NCBI RefSeq assembly: GCF_000143415.4
Contig: NW_003314283.1
Span: 88,407-152,406 of the forward strand
DNA from: Selaginella moellendorffii
Lineage: Eukaryota > Plantae > Lycopodiophyta
DNA length: 64,000 nt
Reading direction: 5' to 3'
Made by a program: the position numbers and the translations under genes. Position 1 is the stretch's first letter. Each line of letters starts with the position of its first letter. Shown here in pieces: positions 34,618-47,000 of the stretch. The notes beneath the pieces were generated by a model. It did not search any database. It was not told where the DNA came from and saw only the letters and a program-made list of their open reading frames with translations.

Positions 34618-35936
34618 ATGAGTGCGAAAATGGGGAGATGGGGCGCCTTTGATCAGGACGAAGGTCGCTGCGGCAATTTCGAGCGCGTCACAGAGCCATC
34701 GCTCGTGCTCCACATCTTCAGCTTGCTGGATCTCCCAGACTTGTTCTCATTGCGGGCTGTGTGCAAGTCCTGGTATGATGCTGTGCTCTCTCCTCGTTTC
34801 ATTGAGCTGTACAAGCCACCGCTGGAACCCTCGGCCGTGCTCAGGGTGAGGACGAGTCTCCCTGCCGACTGGTAAGTCCCTCTTAGTTCTCTCAGCGTGA
34901 TCATGGAAGCAAGTGTCTCGGTAGGGAGCTTCGTTACGATGAGGAGCATTTTGACTATGGCATGAAACTGGAGAATCACAGCGAGCTATGGCGTCCACAT
35001 CGCTTCCAGCGTAAGAGATGCAGTCTCCCATTAGGCCCATCGGGTTCGCGCTTCGTGGGCTTGTGTTCTTCCAACGGGCTCGTGTGTGGGATGCTCATGG
35101 AACACATCGACTCGATGACTTTTGCTGTGGGGAATCCAATCACCAATGTGTGGAAGGCACTTCCTCCTGCTCCAATTGCTTCCGGGGATCGTCCACGCCC
35201 GGCTTATCTCTACATCGCCATGGAAACAGATGTCGTCACTAGCTCTTACCAGATTGTGATACTGTACCAGAAGAACCAGATCACTCCTGATGAAGCCCCG
35301 GCACAAGATGACGATGATGGTCGAATCTTCTCGCTGCAGTATGACTCAGATTCATGTTCTTGGCATGAAGGCCCGTTCTTCAGCACGCCAAACTCGTTGG
35401 GATCACCGCTACGAGGCTGTGCTTTCTTCTACACTGGGGAGAACATATTCCCGGCTTACGATCCACATTCCAGAGCTTGGTCTCACGTGGTTATCTCGCC
35501 ACCGGCACGTAACGAACAAGAACAGGAAGACGAGAGTTGGGCGAACTGGTCTTTTGGATACATCGGCGCCTTCATGTACAAGGGGAAATGCTACTGGGCA
35601 TCGCTCCTGTTCGATCCAGAGAAGTGGGGTGAAGACATTGGAGTGGCAATCTGGGAGATGAAACAGGAAAACTCAACGTGGGTGTTGGTGTCCCGGGTTC
35701 TGTCCAAGGACCTGTTTGGACCAAGTTGTTGCGTGTCAGTCGGGGACAAGGATATGACAGTGAGGTTGGTCGAGGACACTGTCTTCATCTCGGCTTTCTA
35801 CAGGAAGGAAAGCCATGGGGTGTGGCCTCCTGTTGCATACGACTTTTCTCTGTCCAAGTGGTATACTTGTTGCATGAACAACGAGGATATTGAGTGCAGC
35901 TATGTGCTGCTACCCAGCCTGTCTGCCAAGCCTTAA
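34618..35936 (+). CDS. F-box protein with C-terminal beta-propeller/FBA-like region, 2 exons (34618-34871, 34925-35936)
   Basis: F-box LHIFSLLDLPDLFSLRAVCKSWY; CSSNGLVCG; VGNPITNVWKALPP. A GT-AG intron at 34872-34924 joins the two ORFs in frame. Confidence 0.88.
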
Positions 35937-37199
35937 CAGGCCTAACTTTTTATTAGTGATGGCTTAAAAATGTTAAGAAGATCCTGTGATGCAAAAACTA
36001 CTAGCATTCTGTAATTTAGCTGATATAAAGAACATATCAAATTTCTTGCATCTTGATAGTAAATGAATGTCAATGGATCTTAAGTGATTCAGCTCAAGTA
36101 GCAGCATCCACCCTCAAATCCCATTGCTTGGTTGATTTTCATACAATCACCTTGATATTTACACTTTTGTTTTTACCACTAAGCTTCCCATACATCTTAC
36201 CAGTGGAGACTCTATCCTGCTGATCACAAAATTTATTAGTAGTGTTAAAGTAGAGGAATTATCAGAAGAAAACAAACTAGCATAACTTTCATCTTGTAAA
36301 ATTGTTCAAAGAAATTGAAATAATATAGGAGATGTTCAAGGCTTGGGTTAGGGTTAAAAGAAGTCATTTTTAAAGCCTGCTTTTAGCAGTATTCTTCAAT
36401 CAAAAAACTTTTATAAACATTCTTTAATTCAACCTTTTGGCTTAAGTTGCTTGAAATCCTCAGCAGATCCAATGTACTTATATTGACCAACATGATGTAA
36501 ATAACTAAACTGGCAGTCTACAAAATCATTGGTAATGATGTTTGAACAACAAGCATAGGCTTTGTCTAAAGTCAATAAGAAAATTATGTCGAAATCAAAT
36601 GTAATTATGATTAATATATAATTCTTCTGATTTAAAGTGCAATCTTTTGAAGTGTTAATGACTGTTTGGGCTTTGTAGAATTCATTTTTATGATGTATTA
36701 ATCTTTAAAAAAATGTATAACCTGTTTTAAAGCTAATATACTACATGTGTGTGATAGAAGACATTCCTATACCTATCTAAATTCTACACAAAAGGAGAAT
36801 AGGGGAAAATTATATTTAACTTGTAAGCACACCTATTACATTTTTATGTGGGAACTAAACCAAGATTCTAAGATCGATTATCACATCCACTAGACAAGCC
36901 TTACACTTCCAAAGTTTTAGAAGCGTTTTTAAATTGCTTTTGATGTTCGAATCTATATTTATATTTGTCTTTTATTAGTCAAAATAAAATATAGATTAAA
37001 TCATTTTTTGAAAGATGAAAAAATGTCAATACAGAACTTCTTTAAACACTTTTATATGGTTCCATTAGATCTATAGGCCAAAGTAATTCAATGCATGGAA
37101 TTGTTGAACCATAGTTTAGAACAAAGTAATGTTTTTCTAGTATTTGAGAAGTTGTTAGGTGAGCTCATGAACTCAAAACATACCCAGGCTCCTTGTGTG

Positions 37200-38900
37200 C
37201 ACGGAACACATTAGGGACTTGTGGCACCATGCCATAGCTTTAAGGGAAGCTTTTCATGAAATTCATTTCATCTATATCCCATAAGTGGAGAATTTTTGGG
37301 CCAATAAACTATCCAGTTTTAACATGCAACATGAAACACATCTCTAATCAATTTTTGTGACGAGTTTGGACATACCAAATAGTGCTCAACAATCAGCACA
37401 AAGACCAGATCCTAGGTGCAAAGAGATCTTCCTCAAGGGAGATAAAGATCCAACCTGTTTTGGAGCATAGACGCAGCTAGGTTGGTGTCTCTCCTCCAAT
37501 GTTTCATAGATGTTCTTGCATCACAACTTCCAGGCATGCCGATGGAATCACGTTGGTTCTAGGTGCCAAGCCAATATGCCAAAAGCAACGCCACCTCAAC
37601 AAGTCTCTACTACCAGCAATTAAACTCAAAGTGCAAAAACTGCTAGCAGCTGATTTCATCTACCCATTGGAACATTCTGCATGGATTTCCAATGTTGTCC
37701 CAATATGTAAAGCCAATAGCAAGCTCTGTCTTCACGTTGACTACCAGGCTCTCAATAATGTCACTATGCGAGATCATTTCCCAACACCCTTCCTAAATAG
37801 GATTGTGGATGAGATGGCAGGACATCATTTTTACTCTTTCATGGATGATTTCTCAGGCTACAACCAGCTTCCAATTCACCCAGAAGACAATAAGCTCACT
37901 GCTTTTTGCACACCATACGGAGTATTTACCTACAACATCCTACCATTTCATCCTACTGATTTCATCTACCCATTGGAACATTTTGCATGGATTTCCAGTG
38001 TTGTCCCAATATGTAAAGCCAATAGCAAGCTCTGTCTTCACGTTGACTACTAGGCTCTCAATAATGTCACTATGCGAGATCATTTCCCAACACCCTTCCT
38101 AGATAGGATTGTGGATGAGATGGCAGGACATCATTTTTACTCTTTCATGGATGATTTCTCAGGTTACAACCAGCTTCCGATTCACCCAGAAGACAATAAG
38201 CTCACTGCTTTTTGCACACCATACGGAATATTTGCCTACAACATCCTACCGTTTGGTTTATACGATGCCAAGGCAACTTTCAGCGCTTCATGACATACAC
38301 CTTCCACAACTTGATTGGAAGTTCTCTCCCTGTACACATGGATGACCTCTTAAAAAAACTATGATGAACATCTTCACCACCTAGAGAAGATCTTTACAGG
38401 TTGCCAATAGCACCATTTCTCACTGAATCCAGCCAAGTGCAAGTTCGTTGTCACTGAAAGCTGTCTTCTCAATTTTGATGTCTCATTGGAAGGCACATGT
38501 CACCAAGTGCAAACAGATCCTTGAGGTGAAAACCTCAAACAACTTCAGAGTTACCTTGGCTAGATTGGATTCTTTCCATGGTTCATACTAGATTTTGCTG
38601 CTCTCACTCATCCACTAGTAGCTCTGCTCAAACACAACAGCAGTAAGCATTTGAACAGCTTCATACCACCTTGCACTCAGCACCAACTCGATCTTAGTCA
38701 GTTCACAATTGTTGTGACAACGTTTGTGGTGCCAGCAACTTTGGAGAATATGGCAAAGTATTTGGAGTTAAGCACTTCTCCATCAGACCTCCCACACTTG
38801 GAGGCTCTCTTACACCTTGCCTTAGTCATCTCCCAACAATCTGCCTCCATCTTTTGCTAGAACTAAAGAAAAGGTTCCAATGCCAAATTTAAATTCTTAA
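37200..38900 (+). mobile_element. Degenerate Gypsy (Tat-like) pol fragment with a 306-bp tandem duplication in RT
   Basis: WISNVVPICKANSKL, RDHFPTPF, FMDDFSGYNQ, all duplicated at offset 306 (37651/37957). Related to 55300-56200. Confidence 0.85.
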
Positions 38901-39225
38901 ATTTAGACTTTCTAGGAGGTCACTCAACTTTGTATTATTCAAACTCAAGGGCTCTAAACCTTAAATGTCCCAAAACCATTAGCCAATTGGAAAAAGTGGT
39001 GCACTCTTATTCATGAACTCTTTCTCTCTATATTTGAACCTTATGGATTGTTTTTTAAATCATTTTTTTTTTTTGCTTACATTGATGTTAATAACATTGA
39101 AGTAATGCATTGCCATTGACATTATTGAAGTTGAGATTAGAGTAAGATGAAATATCTCTTCATACCATTGATATTAATTTTGATGAAGATGGTATTAATA
39201 GTTTGTCTATACCTTTATATCATTA

Positions 39226-39325
39226 NNNNNNNNNNNNNNNNNNNNNNNNNNNNNNNNNNNNNNNNNNNNNNNNNNNNNNNNNNNNNNNNNNNNNNNNNNN
39301 NNNNNNNNNNNNNNNNNNNNNNNNN
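39226..39325. other. Assembly gap (N run)
   Basis: 100 N bases. Confidence 1.
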
Positions 39326-40450
39326 GACCGGCAGTGGAGGCTCAAACTTCTGCTATTGGCTTGTATTTTAGACAAGATTATTAGTAGGGGTTAAGTTTTG
39401 GCTTTTCCTTGAAAAGTAATTTAGTTATGGACGATACTAATTTACAAAAGAAGAGCTAATGATCGATTGGAGTTAAATCCTTATTAGATTTGCATTGAGG
39501 TTTTATCGATCATTAATAATTTTTCTTGTGCTTATTATAAAGTGAGTTACATCTTAACATGGAAGATGGATTCATGAAGGATCATTTAATAATCACTTGT
39601 TAAGCATAGTTTCATTATGTTTGCTTTTTGATAGATGCAGACATACTCTTCATTAGCTTTTGCATTATGAAATTTAGTTTATGGATGTGTTAAAGAGGAT
39701 ATTGTGGGTTGTACCATAATTTCTTTTATGGCATTGAAGTTGGTTCATACAAGACTTATAATTATTGTTAGCGAGACTTGATTATAAGTTTTTATGAACT
39801 TTTGGTTCTTTGAGTTTTCATGCTCATTGTTCTATTCGTTAGGAGTTGTCAAGGGATGCATTTTCGCTCATTAGTTTTAATATTAAGTTGGTATTTATAT
39901 TTAGCAATCATTAGTGATGATTGACTATCATCTAGGATAGTTGATTATCCTTATCAATGGTTTTGTTTGATTATTGTTAATATTGAATGATTTGTTGTTT
40001 TTTGGGATGGTGAATTATTTATTCAACAATGATTATACATCTCTCGATTGATGGGATCATTGATGATCTTTTATAATGCTTAGTTGTTCTTTTTGATGGC
40101 TTTTGGTTTTCTATATTATCACATATTCTTTGAGGCTTGTTTTGGATTGATCTCTTGGGTTTAAAATGTTAGTAAGATATTGCTAACGCTTTTTTGAGCA
40201 ACTTGTTTTTTAGTATTATTGACCATAATTTATTTAAATTAGCTAATGTGATAATTGGTATAATTTAGTGTTTGTTGACCTTGTGACACCTTCATTCTAT
40301 TCTATCGATTGTTGTTAAAGTTAGTTTTATTAGATTAAGATGTTTTTCTTTTGAGTGATACAACGAGTATTTTTCTTGTCAACTAATAATACTTTGTATT
40401 CTTTGAGTTATCTTTCATAAGGTTTTGGCATACTATCTACAATCTTTGAT
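39326..40450 (+). mobile_element. Highly decayed LINE RT remnant
   Basis: GVVKGCIFAH (~39842; cf. GVRQGCPLSP), FDRCRH (~39626; cf. AFDRVxH) and DD at ~39916. Confidence 0.35.
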
Positions 40451-41103
40451 GTGTTCACACTTTGTGAAAAATGCACCAATTTAAATGAGTTATGGGGGCA
40501 ATCTTTTTGTCTAACGCGAATGTGCTACAATTCAAACACTTTCTAGTAGTCACTAGTAAGGAAATGACTAATGGAGTAAGCCACCCTTACTGTTATGTGT
40601 CACCCAACTTACAAAAGATAATATGGCCCTGCCTACAAATGATATAGAAAAAAAAGCCAAAGGCTCCAACCCTCATGAGTAAGCAAACTAAACCTAAGTT
40701 TAAATAAACTATTGTAAATAGGTAGTTAAAGTTGTTTATATGGTCACACATTTTTAATAGAATAAGAAATATCAAGAGAGAGATGAGTTATATAACTAGT
40801 CAACAATAAATACCCCATGACTAGAGATTTCATTATGCACACAAAGTGCCAAAGCCAATCTCCTATACTAACCCAAACATAAAGATCAATAAAGGGAAAA
40901 TATCAAAATCATAAACAAAGATATTTTAGAGAGAATGAATTATCAGTGAATTAACCTTATGTTAGAACACAAAAGTATTTTAATGAAGTTATCATCCAAT
41001 AAACTAGTATAAAATAAGAACCACCAAGATCACTAGAGTTTAAAGTCATAGGATTAAACAATGAACAAAATTCAATAGCAAGTGTATTATTAAGAAAACT
41101 TAA

Positions 41104-41823
41104 TGATAAAGTTGTGACTATGGGTATCAAAAGTTACCTGTTGATGAGTTCTTTCAAATATTCTTTCATTACTACCACAATAGTAGGAGGTTAGTATTGC
41201 TAGATTCTTTATTAGTCTCCACCTAAACTAGTTGAAAAACTAGTCATCATGTTTGTACTAATACCAGATAAATATTGTAGGAACTTTTATGTATTCCTTG
41301 CTGAGCATACTCAACCTAGCATGAAAAACTTATGTTATTAGCTTGCACTTGCTAAATTTTTTCCTTCAATACTCACTAAATGATAATTTACTGTGTTTGC
41401 CAAGATGCCCTTGCTATTATGCCCCATGTGTTGGATCCATTTGGTCTTAATGATTATTTATGAAAAGTGTTTAGATTTGCTAACATAGCATATTTATAGA
41501 ATGTAGAGATTGTTCTGAACATAATGGTGCTAATCTTAGCATTGGGATGCTAAATGCTCTAAGATTGCTCCTATGTCACTTGGTGTTCTTGTCTCTTTAC
41601 TTTATGGGCTAAATGTTTGAAAGTCATTATATCCCTTAGTTCTTTTACTTCTTGGTTATCTACTCAAGAGTTTGGCTCTATCCCTTTGTTTAATGGCCTA
41701 ATGCTCTGAAACTCAGGTTCTATTCTACTACTATTTGATACATAGCCAAGGGTTTGGGTTCCGCTTTGTGGTTATTTTATAGTAGATCACTATAGGATAA
41801 AAGATGAAACCACATACACTACA
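41104..41823. mobile_element. Old, deleted copy of LTR family B in the opposite orientation to 25486-27069
   Basis: gggttccgctttgtggttat...ataggataaaag...aaccacatacactaca is the reverse complement of the LTR start. tgtgactatgggtatcaaaagttacct matches the reverse complement of the LTR end. Confidence 0.7.
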
Positions 41824-42919
41824 TAATGGAAGAATTGATAGATTTAATGTAAAAATGGAAGTGTTAATCTCTTTAGTAATAAAAGTTGTTTGTTAGTAGT
41901 TAATAAGGATATTGACATCTTTAGGAGAGGTGTGAGTGTAACATATGTAATTATGGGATAAGATTTAGATATATTGTCACCATGGATTCTTAGAATTTTG
42001 GGAGATAAATGAAAATAAAATAGCCACTAAAAGCTCTCTTATCAAATAATTACCCCTTCTCCAGAAAAGAAAAATAGAGTGTGCTATATATCGGGTTCAA
42101 TTCTCATTGATTAATGGCTACTTAAAATATAATATACCCTTGAGCAAGATATATTCTTACCTTTAAAAATTGAAATTATACATATTAAACATCCATGAGT
42201 ACATATTTTTTTCTTGTAGAGCATCCACAGATGAGGGTATTCACTATAGAATTGTGGTATGGATGGATGATTAATTGCCTTACATAGAATAATTGATTTA
42301 TACAATGGAAGGATTGGTAGATTCAATGTAGAAATGGAGGTGCTAGTTTCCATTTGAGTCAATAAGGGTTGTTGGTCAATAGTCAATGAGAATATTAACA
42401 TTTTTGAAGAGGGTGAATATAGTGTATGTGATCATGGGATGAGATTTGAATATATTATCACTGTGAATTCTTGGAACCTTGGGGGATAAATAGGGATAAA
42501 ATAGGCATTAAAAGTTCTCTCATCAAGCAATTGCCCTTTTTTGAATTGGCTTAAGAGGAAAGAGATAAGATGCACTACACATGGATCAATAACTAAAGTG
42601 GTGTAGAATTAAACTTGAGTGGATATCATCCATAGAAATTTAAACTCATCACAAACTCAATAGTGTAGAACTAGATTTAGATAGATATCATCAATAAAAA
42701 TTCAAACTCACCTTAAACTCTTGCTTGGGAGTAATAACCTCTAAAAGAGATAGTGGTAGAATATGAGCAAGATTAAAAAGGGTGTGATAAATTTTTAATA
42801 AGAAAATATGGAATATTAAATACAAACTCATAGATGGAGGAATAAATAACTTCAAAAGTACAAGAGAACACAAAGAAAAAGTTTAAGTATTGATAATCCA
42901 TCTTGCTATAAGAGCCTAT

Positions 42920-44047
42920 TGTAAGCGACTAAATTTTCCATTCTACTTTTGTCACTTAACCACACCTTTGACCCCTTGGAAGAGTCTCATTAACAACCTC
43001 CTTAAGTCCCATTCAGGACTTGGGACTTGCTAGTCCCGAGAATGACATCCATGCCACTCCTCCCTTGCACTTGGTCCAAGTGCTCCACGTGTCCAGTCCC
43101 AAGACTGACACCGAAAGGTACTACTAACATATTGGCCCGTTACGCTAAGGCCATGCCCATTCACCTTTGCCGCACTAGTGGTCCAATACCACTTGCATCA
43201 CAATCCTGTCTCTCCAAAATTGGGCTGTCTGTCCACGAGTGGTCATCCCAGATCCATTCCTTAGCATCCTTAGGATGCCCACAAATATGGGGAATAGTCT
43301 TCCCCAAAATCCCTTTGTCAGTTCCTGCCAAGTCTCTTTCCCATCCATGGCCATGTTCACCAACACTGCCACTAAATTAAGGCTCGCAAGCCCGGCCACT
43401 AAGTCCCATTGTCCTCTGGGACTTCCTCACTATGTGACCATATCCGTAGTCACATGGCCTATCCTAGAGGATTGCTCCTCCTCCTTTCCCCTATTTGGGA
43501 CTTCGGGACAACATTTCGGAACACCGTGGCCCTACGTGAGCCCTGTGGGTACTCTCCCCACCTTCCGCCTTTAGGTGCTCTAGCCATGAGCTTAGAGTGA
43601 GGTTCCATTGAGCCACACCAGGTATCCAAGTAGGTAGTGCCACCCACACTTGGACTGGGAGCATCGGCCAGTCAATCTCCCAGGGGAACTAGAGCCGGCT
43701 CTTGAACACTTCACCAAGCTACCCTGCTTATCGGTCCGTATTCACTCTAGTCTTGGACTTCCCAGTGGTCAATTCATCACCCAACACTAGATTTGGCCTT
43801 CCTGGGCCAAACTGGCCTTTCCTGGGCCAAACTAGCCTTTCCTGGCCAAACTGGCTCCATTGCAGTCCTCCCCCTTACTATACTTTTGGAGCTCACCAAA
43901 CCCCCCAGGGTTTGGGAGACAAACGCTTTGGGCTTTCACCCTCTTAGACTCGAACTCGGACTCGGACTCGGACTCGGACTTGGACTCAGACTCGGACTCG
44001 GACTCGGCCTCAGTCTCGGTCTCGGCCTCGGTCTTGGTCTCGGTCCT

Positions 44048-44082
<35 letters not shown>

Positions 44083-47000
44083 TAGTCTCGGTCCCGGTCT
44101 TAGTCCCGGTCTCGACCTCGGACTCCATCTCGGGTCCTTCTCGGACTCCATCTCGGATTCCATCTCGGGTCCATCTCGGACTCCATCTCGGACTCCGTCT
44201 CAGGTCCATCTCGGACTCCATCTCAGGTATATCTTGGACTCCATCTCGGACTCCATCTCGGACTCCACCTCGGACTTTAACTCAGGTCCATCTCAGACTC
44301 CATCTTAGACTCCACCTCGGACTCTAACTCGGGTCCATCTCGGACTCCATCTCGGACTCCACCTCGGACTCCAACTCGGGTCCATCTCGAACTCTATCTC
44401 AGACACTTCCACGTGTCATGTGTTGGTCCTTTTGGGTCCCTTTTTGGAGCCTCGCTTATTGCTCACTTCATGCTCGTTCCTTGAGCACTCTGTTGGGAGT
44501 CCACTCTCGCTCTCAACCTTTCAAGTCAGAGCCTTTTAGTCCAAACATGTTACGCTTGTTTGGCTTTTGCTTCGGTCGCTACCACGTGGCACCCTTTCGG
44601 CTCCACTTTGGGGCTTAGGGATTTGTGTCTCACAACTCCACCACCCATAGACGAAGTTTGATGTCCTCATCAAACGGTAAACCCTTTTATAAAGTAACAT
44701 TTGCAGGTATTACCATTTCCATCTTTGGCACCCAGCCAATATTTGTCTATGGTTTGACCCCGAAGGCTCACCATGCCTTGTCCATCCTCTAAGGGGCATA
44801 GTCTCTCCAACATAGAGACTCATTCGGCCACCTAGGGTGGTTTGCTCCCTTTTATTGGTTCAGTAACCCGTTAGAGACACCTTCTCTAACTCAATTCCAC
44901 TACTCATTCTCGAGTAATCCCAACTTCTATTGATATAACTAATTCACCTTGGAACTTTTTAATTTTGACTTCTCGAAGTGTGGTTTTGACACCTTTCATT
45001 GCACATATTGTGCAACTTCACTTCCCATCCTAGGAAGCTCCCCACTTGAGGGCACCATCGTTCTCCTTTCTATTTTATGCCACTTTTGGCACCAAGTTCC
45101 AGCCATCGTAAGTTGTGCTAGAGCTATCCACAACCCTAACTTTTGGCTACTTCGCCACTCCCACCTTTGGAGCTTTCACCTTTGCCAACTTGGACTATTT
45201 GGGAATCCATCCTTTGAAGCACACTTCCTTTCTCAAATTCCGTTAGCATCCAACACACTAGTGTTCCATGCCTAACTTTGCCATTTGGATTCTTTACAAT
45301 GAATTCCATGGCCCACACTTGGCCACTAATCTTTTGCTTTTATCCATTGATTGTTGCACTGAGCAACATAGGAGGCTGTGGACGAAGCCCGGAGGAGAAA
45401 TTGCTAAAGAGACCTATTAAGGTGAGCACTCGCTAGACTTAGCAAAGTAAAGCATTTGCCATGGAACCAAAAGGATACCTCGAGAATGGAGGTAGTGACA
45501 ACTTTGCAACCCTTCCATGGGTCTCTCCCCGAGACTACTTTCTTGGACTTACTATACTATCATATTGGCATAATTGATTTCCCTTTAGGTGTCCTTCTCA
45601 CTTGGTCACCTAGACCAAGTCACACCATTATCTATAGTTCAAATCAACATTTTGAACTGGGAATCATATTCCTTAACCCAAACAAAGACATTGTCTTTGT
45701 TTAGCCACAAGATCACCTAGTGATCTCATCTTGACCCTTTAACAGGTCTACCAATAGGAACTAAGTCTTCCAAACCCTTTTAAATTGTTGACTATGACCC
45801 CGGGGGCATCCCCCACACTTGGCGGTGCGCCCAAGCCAGCCCTTCCGGCCAAGGATCCATAGCAATTGAGACTGGGTGTCCCCATCTTATTCACCACGTC
45901 CTTGGTGCCTTTTGCACCAAAGTGTTCAAGTTAGATATGCCGAACTTTCACTCTAAGCAATCTAACCATGCATCACGACTCCGAGGCATCCTTCGCTTGG
46001 CAGTGTGCCCAAATCAGTCTTCTCACTGAAAGTCCATGACCATCGAAATATGAGTGTCCTTATATTCCAAACCATTACCACGCCCTAGTGATTTGGGACT
46101 CGAACCCAAGCACTAGAGGGTCGAGACTCGAACCTAACCTCCATATATGCATCTACGGATGGCATCACCCCAAATGCCTGGTGTGACTCCTCACGCCGGT
46201 GCACCATCTTGTATTTAAAGCGTACTATAGATCACAGTTTAAGAACCTAGTTCCTCCGCACTACCAAGTCCTGTGATCATGCATGGACTCCTCCATGCTT
46301 GGCCCCATGGGCCACCCCTTTTGAAGTTAGCACCTTCAACTAGGGGATTTGTTCCCCCCGACTTGCCAATCTCACTTAGCAAGTCATTCGGCCACCATAA
46401 CATGGTTCATGCATAAGCGTGAAAGTCCTTAACCATCGATTTTCGTTCAAAGCCCTCTCTTTGAACACTCGGGAATTACTTCCCCAATCTTGACAGCTTC
46501 GTCTCATGGCAAGCTTCAAAACCACGCTTCTGCTGCGCCACTCTAATTTCGCGCGTTCTATGAACCATTTACACTTGGCTAACTAGGTACTTATCTACCT
46601 AGGGGAACGTTCAAGGAACTCTGTTCCTTGGCTTGCTAAAGCCTCTCCTTTCAAAAGTTTGCCAATTACCATATAGTCTAACATGAACAATCCCATGCTT
46701 TAGACTCTCCATGGCATCCTGGTCGCTAGTAACAACATGCTTGAGCACCCACTTGATTCTCCACTCCCAACTTGCATAACCACCCTTGGTCATACCTGTC
46801 AATTCCTATGGTTCGGTTTTATCCCTATATTACTTGCCTTTTGGCCTCATACATTTCCTTCGGTTATTCTCGTCCAGACTAGGAAGATAGCTTTGCACTT
46901 TCTACCATGCCTTGGTAAGTATTCATAGGGATGAACCTACCCGACAGCCTAGGGAGTGATTCCTCAATCTGGGTTTGCTCACCTTGTGATCCCACACACT

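Noticed and set aside
5877-35936. Functional gene cluster of glucuronokinase, RLP, MTP and F-box
   Set aside because: No shared pathway is evident; this is an ordinary gene neighbourhood separated by transposons.
43945-44405. CRISPR-like array
   Set aside because: No unique spacers; simple tandem units within a plant LTR.
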